The notes beneath the pieces are model-generated. The model saw nothing but the letters and a program-made list of their open reading frames with translations. It ran no database searches and was not told where the DNA came from. From Octopus vulgaris (lineage: Eukaryota): a stretch of 64,000 nucleotides of DNA. The translations under genes and the position numbers were made by a program. This document shows positions 56,085-64,000 of the stretch, in pieces (position 1 is the first letter of the stretch; every line of letters begins with the position of its first letter). The DNA lies in NCBI GenBank assembly GCA_951406725.2, contig OX597822.1, forward strand, positions 56,482,001 through 56,546,000, written 5' to 3'.

Positions 56085-56488
56085 TTCTAATATAAGATTA
56101 AATTTTTCTTGAATAGTATTATGAGTGGTCAGCATATTAAAATACATTTTAAGTTGAAAATTATAAACAATTATAAATAAGGGCAAAAGAAAAAAATTGC
56201 TGAAAAATAGACTTCAGATCGTTTAACAGCATACAGTATTTTTCTCTATTGCTAGGATTACTGGAAAATAATAAAACAAGAAAGACATTGTATGTGGTTA
56301 GATTATCTAGAGTCTATTTTTCAGCATATTCACAGAATTTTTTTTCTTTTGCCATTATTTATAATTGTTTATAATTTTCAACTTCAAAAGGTATTTTAAT
56401 ATGCGGACCACTGATAAAATTTTTCAAGAAAGGTAGATAACTAGACAGACTGACAGACAGACAGACTGACAGACAGACAGATAGACAA

Positions 56489-56577
<89 letters not shown>

Positions 56578-57109
56578 CAGACACACATATAGGTGCAGAC
56601 ATGGCCGTGTGGTAAGAAGCTTGCTTCCCAATCACATTTAGAGGTTCAGACTTAGAAATTTAATGTGATTATATCACTCCAAGTATTTTAATCCAAAACT
56701 TAACCAAATCTATCATTTACCACCTTGAACAGAACAGAAACAAGGCATTCATTTTAAATGGAGGTTATTTTCGACTAATTTCATCTCACTATTTACTACT
56801 ATCGATCACAGGGGTCGCTATAGTCAACTTAACCCTTCCTTCGACATTACTGGCCTTGTGCTAAAATTTGAAACTATTATATTTTATTTATCCATGAAGA
56901 CCAAAATCTAAGTTGTTCTTGATGGGATTTTGAATACTGATAAAAGAGGCAGAAAATAGTTACCTCAAACATCTCGTCCGATGTTCTAACGAATCTATCA
57001 ATTCATCTCCAGTCACTTGCATAACATATTTTTTATCATGTTTCCTACCATAAGCACAAAGCCTCACTTACCTAAAGTTTTGATTTCTCTTTGTTTCATT
57101 ATTTTCCAG

Positions 57110-57294
57110 TAATCCTAACAATGGAGATTGTTCTGATTGCTCCAATGATCCATGGCCCAAGTTCACACCCAAAAACCAGAAATATATTGTGATTGACGAC
57201 AAAGCAAAACCTGAGACGAAGGAGAATTACATGAACAACATATGCGGTTTGTGGACAGACCTTCTCCCAGAATTAAAGGGACCTTTTTGTCCAG
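57110..57294 (+). CDS. Cholinesterase-like gene copy B, second coding exon
   Basis: Acceptor ATTTTCCAG|T; translates S-NPNNGDCSDCSNDPWPKFTPKNQKYIVIDDKAKPETKENYMNNICGLWTDLLPELKGPFCP; possible donor G|GTAACA (phase 1). Not in the ORF track. Confidence 0.87.
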
Positions 57295-57919
57295 GTAACA
57301 TTATATATATTTCGTTCTCTCATTTTCTCTGCTGACTGTTGTCATATTCATTAGTACGCACAACACAGACATACACATTCTGTGCATATATATATATTTA
57401 TATATATTATTACAAATTTGGAATTTTACCAATAGAACCAGAACTCCTATTTCAGGTCAACCTTATTTTCTGGAATACACATAGAAAGTTATATCCAATA
57501 TAATAATATATTACACAATAATAACATAATATACGCATTTTAAAGCCTACTATAAAGTACAATAAAATTAATTTAAAAGATTTTTAAAATATTTGAAAAA
57601 AATATATACCTTGCCTGTTATTAGTCAGTGTGGAAAGATGATAATTTTAATCAATGCTACACGTGTTTCTGCGCTGGTGATTTGTTTAACCAGGCTACAC
57701 CTAATCCATAAATCCACCAGTGCGTCCTTAGGCTATTTTTCTTATTGTTATTATTATTAACGGATCAAACTTAAAACTACATATTCTAAGATATATTCAA
57801 GAAAAAATAAGAATATGAAAAAAATATGATAAAAATATATATAACTTACGAATTTAAAAAAATTTTTGAAATTAAAAAATTAATAAAAATTAATATAATT
57901 AAACACCTAAAAATACAAT

Positions 57920-57999
<80 letters not shown>

Positions 58000-58002
<3 letters not shown>

Positions 58003-58155
58003 GCTGTGTGGTAAGTAGCTTGCTTACCAACCACATGGTTCCGAGTTCAGTCCCACTGCGTGGCACATTGGGCAAGTGTCTTCTACTATAGCCTCGGGCC
58101 GACCAAAGCCTTGTGAGTGGATTTGGTAGACGGAAAATGAAAGAAGCCCGTCGAA

Positions 58156-58190
<35 letters not shown>

Positions 58191-58405
58191 GTGTGTGTGT
58201 GTGTTTGTGTTTGTCCCCCTAGCATTGCTTGACAACCGATGCTGGTTTGTTCATGTCCCCGTCACTTAGCGGTTCGGCAAAAGAGACCGATAGAATAAGT
58301 ACTGGGCTTACAAAGAATAAGTCCCGGGGTCGAGTTGCTCGACTAAAGGCGGTGCTCCAGCATGGCCGCAGTGAAATGACTGAAACAAGTAAAAGAGTAA
58401 AGAGT
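58000..58405 (+). mobile_element. tRNA-derived SINE specific to the right arm
   Basis: Same family as 24315-24712; absent at the mirrored site (about 2280-2360). Confidence 0.82.
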
Positions 58406-59438
58406 ATATAGAAAGTGCTAAACATAAAGAAAACCTCATTGACTATTTTATAAGCACATCAGATTCCACCGCCTGTCTATATAAACATTACTGGAACTAA
58501 TAATTTATTGTAAGATTTATCCCTAACTATACAAGTATAAATTACCATTTTTATGTCAAACGTAAGTGGATAATATTTAAAAAGTAAAAACTTCTATACA
58601 CGTTATAAATTTATTGAATTGTAGTAAATGAATCTAGTAAACAAAATTAACAAAGGAAGAATACTTATCTACATGTTTACTCCTAGTTCCTGTGCCAATG
58701 GCTGTTCCCTCTGTCGTACGCTAAGTATTATGGGAATAACAAAAATAAAATAAACTACTCTGAAAAATTCTCAAAGACTAATAATATTTGATAGGTTGAA
58801 TTCAAAGGGAAATGATAACAAGATACTCTGAAATTTAGCTATAACTGGATTTTTTCTCTAGTGTTAAAGTTTTAGAGATTTATGTTCTATTAAATGTGGC
58901 CTGTCTATTCCTTTTAAGGTAATATTCTTTAAATATATTCTTGCTTCTCGGTATATCCGTATCTAATACTGTTATATTATTCTATTATAACTACATTTAA
59001 CTATCTTCCTCATAATTGTTTAGGAGATTACATACGGGGGTGGGTTATAATGTAATATATTTTTCATTTTATTATACCTAAAGTTATTCTTATGTCGGCA
59101 TTTTCCCTCTCTCATCTATACTGTTTCGTAATACTTCTCTTGAGTGGAGTATTTTCATAAATTCAGTTGTGCATAATAAGCACATTTTATTAACTATTCT
59201 ATATGACTTTGCTCTACAAATGATATTCCATTCAAGGATATATTCTATTTTTTCAGATTTCAACTACCATATGTATTTACTTAGACCTATCGACTTTATT
59301 AATTTGGGATTTTTAAAGGATTGATAATGCTGGGAAAGTCATAAAAATGATCATAGTAAGGAAAATATCAAAAATAATTCGAATGGAAATAAGCATAATT
59401 ATTATATACCCACGAAGAATACACTGACAATGAACAAA

Positions 59439-59510
<72 letters not shown>

Positions 59511-59513
<3 letters not shown>

Positions 59514-59670
59514 ATAGACGAGTTAGATCAATACTAAAAACAGAGCTCAATGCTAAAAACAAGATAATAGGTATTAACGTCCCAGTTATAAGTTACAACT
59601 ACAATATCCTTAACTGGACGCTAAATGAACTAACCAAAATAGATAAGAAAACAAGAAAAATAATGACACA
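59511..59670 (+). mobile_element. R4/Dong-like LINE fragment after (AAT)n
   Basis: YYRRVRSILKTELNAKNKIIGIN..VISY..LNWTLNELTKIDKKTRKIMT; homologous to 32930-33090. Confidence 0.7.
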
Positions 59671-60912
59671 CACCGCAGTGCCAGTATTGTTGTGAAAATG
59701 AGATTTGAAAAGTCCTCTAAGAAAACCACCAATCACTGGAAAAATAACAAGCATAACAGAAATCAGACTACGAGCAAAGCAGAAAGCCATAAAATGAGGA
59801 AATAGATATCTCTGGATCAACTGATTTTAAATTTTGAGAGTTTATCTTCCTTAATTCTCATCAGCAGGAATCACTATTTACCTAGGGTTAAAAACTTTGC
59901 TCGATTTATTGTGTTCGCTTACCGTTGAAAAGCTAGAGCTGGATTAGAAAAAGCTGGTGTCAGTGTGTAAAATTACTGAATTAATAGATATTCGAAAATA
60001 TTTATCTAGATATTATTAATTATTATCATTAGTAAAATGAATAATAACAATAATAATATAGGTGGCAAACAAGCAAAAACTAATAAATGGCAAATCCATT
60101 TACACACACATAAATACACACACACACACACACTCACGCGCATACATATATCTAATATGATAAATGCGAAAACTAATTTCTGTGTGTCAGTGTGTCACAC
60201 TTTGACCCCCTCTCTTACTATTCATTGACACTCCTACTATTGCTCATGTTTGGGTGAGAGTAATAGTAGGCATAGAGATGGTGAGAGCGGTGGCAAAAAC
60301 TGACAGAAAGAGAGAGAAAGAAAGATGAGAGACAAAATTATAAGGAGACTTGATGTTTTTAATAAAAGTAGTAGAGTTGATGGTGGCTGTGGGAGTAATA
60401 ATAATAAGAGAGAGAGAGAAAGAGTGGCTATGTGAGAGAAACTGACCACTGAACTAACAGGATGAGTAACATACTGAAGGAATACACACATTTAGTCTTT
60501 TTGTGATGGTAATGGAGTGGGCTGTAGTTGTGATATTGGTAGAGGCGGCAGTGATGGTGGTGGTGGTGGTAGCCGAGGGAATGAGGGATGAAGTGAGAGT
60601 AAGCGATGTGAAAGACTGTTGATGATGAAGGGGAAGGCGGCGAAGTCAAAGGTATTGGCTGTGGTGGCATCAGAAATATGCATGGTGCATGTATGGCAGA
60701 TGTAGTGGTGATGGTGGTGGTGGTGGTAGTATAAGTTCTAAGTCGACAAATTGTATCAATGTTTTGATGAAAATTGTTCACTGTTTGAAAAATATTGTTG
60801 AAGTTTAATAAAATTTAATATATACTCAATGCAAGAAGTGTCATTTTTGCGTCCAAGGCCTAATGAAGCACCCCCACAGGATCTATCTTAAAAGAGAGAT
60901 CTTTTTAAGCCA

Positions 60913-60978
<66 letters not shown>

Positions 60979-61166
60979 TGATTGTCAACTCCTTATGCAG
61001 AATCTGACAACGTTTTCAAAAGACTCCCACATAGATAGCATATCTGATTTGGACCACCAAGAACATCAGTTAAGTTCTGATTTTTGTGGATCTTAGAATG
61101 TCTTTTGAAGCCTCCATTTAATTTGCAGACCTTATTGCATACATACATACATATATATGTATCTAA

Positions 61167-61239
<73 letters not shown>

Positions 61240-61245
61240 TGTATG

Positions 61246-61279
<34 letters not shown>

Positions 61280-61281
61280 TG

Positions 61282-61367
<86 letters not shown>

Positions 61368-61643
61368 CAAATGTGTGAATAAATACACTCACACACTACT
61401 ATCACATCATTTTACATTCCTCTTGCTTCTCCTCTCTTTTTACCACACTTTCCTTTTTCTAGATCCCCCACTCTTTGTTCCATACTTTCTCTTTCTTTAC
61501 CTATCTCATTATCCTTGTAGCCTCTGTACATCTACCGCTGTATTATTATATTTTACTTAGCTGCAATCAATACCAATGTTGTATATGTATTTAAGTATGT
61601 ATGTATGTATGTATGTATGTATGTATGTATGTATGTATGTATG

Positions 61644-61709
<66 letters not shown>

Positions 61710-61719
61710 ATACATATAA

Positions 61720-62410
61720 GGGGGATGACCACTAAGTGGACATCCATTATGCTAGAAGTCGGCCCCGTACGGTCTTACCACTTAGAAAGGAATGTTCTCA
61801 AGAAAATTTAGCAAACACCAGAACGTAAGCGAGCAAGACAAATGAAAAGATACAAAATATGCAGATTATTCACAAATCCAGTTTCGTTATTACCACTTAC
61901 GTAGACGCCCGCAACTCGTCAGTGTGATCGTCATAACAAAATATAATTTGAAGAACTATACACGATACGTCCGCATGAAATTGAACATGTATATAGTTCT
62001 ACCAATTAGATTTCGGGTTATATTTGAAAAGTCTTCGTTTTGGAGCGCCAAAATACCGGAAATATTTCTGCAGAAAATAATTCTCTGCAGTGAAATTTTG
62101 CGATTTGAGAACATAGTTATTTAAATTTAAATTTAAAATAATAAGCGTGAAAAATTGAATATTGATTTGATTAATATCAATTTAAAACCAGTGGTCTAGG
62201 ATATAGAAAAATCTGAAGATTCAGAAAATTATATTACATACATATAAGAGGGATGACCACTAAGTAGACATCCATTATACTTGAAGGCGATCCCCTATCG
62301 TCTGACCACTAAGAAAGGAATGGTCTCAAGAAAATTTAGCAAACGCCAGAACGTAAGCGAGCAAGACAAATGAAAAGATACAAATATACAGATTAATTAC
62401 AACCCGGTAT
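61720..62410 (-). repeat. Partial tandem repeat (about 530-bp unit) with a hammerhead-like motif at the unit junction
   Basis: About 61720-61875 is repeated at about 62248-62403. Minus-strand tcaca CUGACGA...GAAA...tgtga at 61870-61927. Confidence 0.6.
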
Positions 62411-62439
62411 ATATATATATTATATATATATATATATAT

Positions 62440-63524
62440 ATAACTTAGAATAACTTAGAAAGGTTTTTGGCCAGTATTGGCCCAGGCCATGTCTAACTTA
62501 ATAGCACCACCTGGCGAAGTCTTTCAGTTCAGGATTTGGGCACCAAGGCCCATTCGAGCAGAGAGTTATTGTTTGCGGAGACATATCCGGGTGTGGATGG
62601 TTTGTCCGGTACTGTTTGAAGGAATTTGTCCAAAGACTTCTTGAATTTTGTGTGGTCAGTTTCTTTTTTGACGTGTCCTGGTGTAATGTTGAAGAGAGCG
62701 GGTCCAATTGAGGTGAAATAGTTGTGCCGTATTGTCGTTATGTGATGCGATTTAGATTTTTGTTGTGGACGGATGGCACGTGGTCCAAGCCTTGGATGCA
62801 TTTTGAAGGTGATGCCAACATCATTCGGACAGTGCTGATGGAATATTTTCCACATCATACAGATAATGTAGCGTTCACGGCGTCGTTGGAGTGAATACAA
62901 TTTCAGCTTCTCTAGTCTACCCCAGTAGTCAAGGTCTGACATGCCATCTATCTTTTTTGTGATTGACCTTTGGGGAGCTTCAATTCTCATAATATTTTGT
63001 TTTGTGTAGGGAGACCACAGTGGACAACAGTATTCAAGGTGGGGTCGGGCAAAAGTGGAGAAGAGAAGGATAATAGCGTGGGAATCTCTCGACTGGAAGG
63101 TTCTGAGAATCCAGGAACAGATTCTGCGGGCCATGTCAACTTTGCTGCTTATATGTGTAGCCCAGCTTATGTTGTTGTCCACTGTTACTCCCAGGTCTCT
63201 GATGTTGTTGGATGCCATGAGAATTTCTCCAGAAGGAAGAGAGTATGGGAGTTTCAGAGCGTCCTCCCTTCCAAAGTGGATCAGTTCGAATTTGTCTTCA
63301 TTTAGCAACATGTTATTCTTTTCCGCCCATTGGACAACAGCTAGTAGGTCTGACTGAAGGTTTATTCGGTCATCCACGCCATTGATGACCTTCTGGAGCT
63401 TGGAATCATCAGCGAAGGTTCTGATGTTGCTGTGTTTGATGGTGTCAGTAATATCATTTATGTAGATGATGAAGAGAAGTGGGCCCAACACAGTGCCTTG
63501 TGGGACACCACTGCTGACTTTGGC
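62440..63524 (-). mobile_element. CR1-group LINE, 5'-truncated, open RT and C-terminal frame
   Basis: SGVPQGTVLGPLLFIIYINDI, FADDSKL, RDLGV, RPHLEYC..WSP, LYSLQRRRER; 3' tandem tail (TTCTAAGTTA)2; inserted in (TA)n. Confidence 0.88.
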
Positions 63525-64000
63525 TATATATATATATCTTGACCTAAAGCATTTTATGCCAGTTGGGGTTCACACACGTCATTACCACACGTAGATGTAA
63601 ACATTTAAATTTGATGTTAATATTACGAAAAATTACATCCTCATTGGTATTTTATCGTTGCCTAGTATTCATCTAGCATACCTTTGATCAAAGAGAAATC
63701 TATCCGTGACAATTCTGATTTTTTTTGTGTGCTTTGTATGCTTCCTAATATAATTCTTGGTGGGATTTAGTGGAAAGTAACACTGAATTTGGCTAAATTT
63801 ACAATCTGCACTCCCCCACATCTCTCTCTCTCTCTTTCACACACACATACACAAACACATACACAAACACACACAGACATACTGACACAGACAAACACAC
63901 ACACACAAATATATGTCTGTCATAGACTATACTTACAGCATTACATACATTTACCTTGTACCATTGCAATAAGATACAACTCGTTAACGAACGTTTATTT

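Noticed and set aside
58687-58724. Possible third exon (TCCTAG|TTCCTGTG..., VPVPMAVPSVVR*)
   Set aside because: It lies within a Penelope-derived region, has a weak polypyrimidine tract and has indels relative to the mirror copy.

Overview
Eukaryotic, AT-rich DNA dense in microsatellites and transposon relics. The SINE families and the (TA)/(CA)/(TATG)/(TAA) load suggest a coleoid cephalopod (Octopus-like); this is an inference. The window is built as a giant imperfect inverted duplication: left arm 1 to about 25815, right arm about 36465 to at least 60579, with a spacer of about 10.6 kb. Each arm carries one divergently oriented copy of an atypical cholinesterase/carboxylesterase gene. Both copies keep the Ser-Glu-His triad but have GHSAG instead of GESAG and a butyrylcholinesterase-like Leu/Val acyl pocket. 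Each copy has a 1-nt deletion relative to the other. The rest is Penelope-like elements, R4/Dong-like LINEs in (TAA)n, RTE, Tx1/L1 and CR1-like LINEs, Tc1/mariner, a probable Chapaev-type transposon, Helitron pieces and tRNA-derived SINEs. Reading the non-coding DNA by eye shows about eleven type I hammerhead-ribozyme-like motifs (four with intact cores), most with palindromic stem III and several with long stem II, linked to Penelope/retrozyme-like repeats. Coordinates were counted by hand, and repeat edges are approximate.
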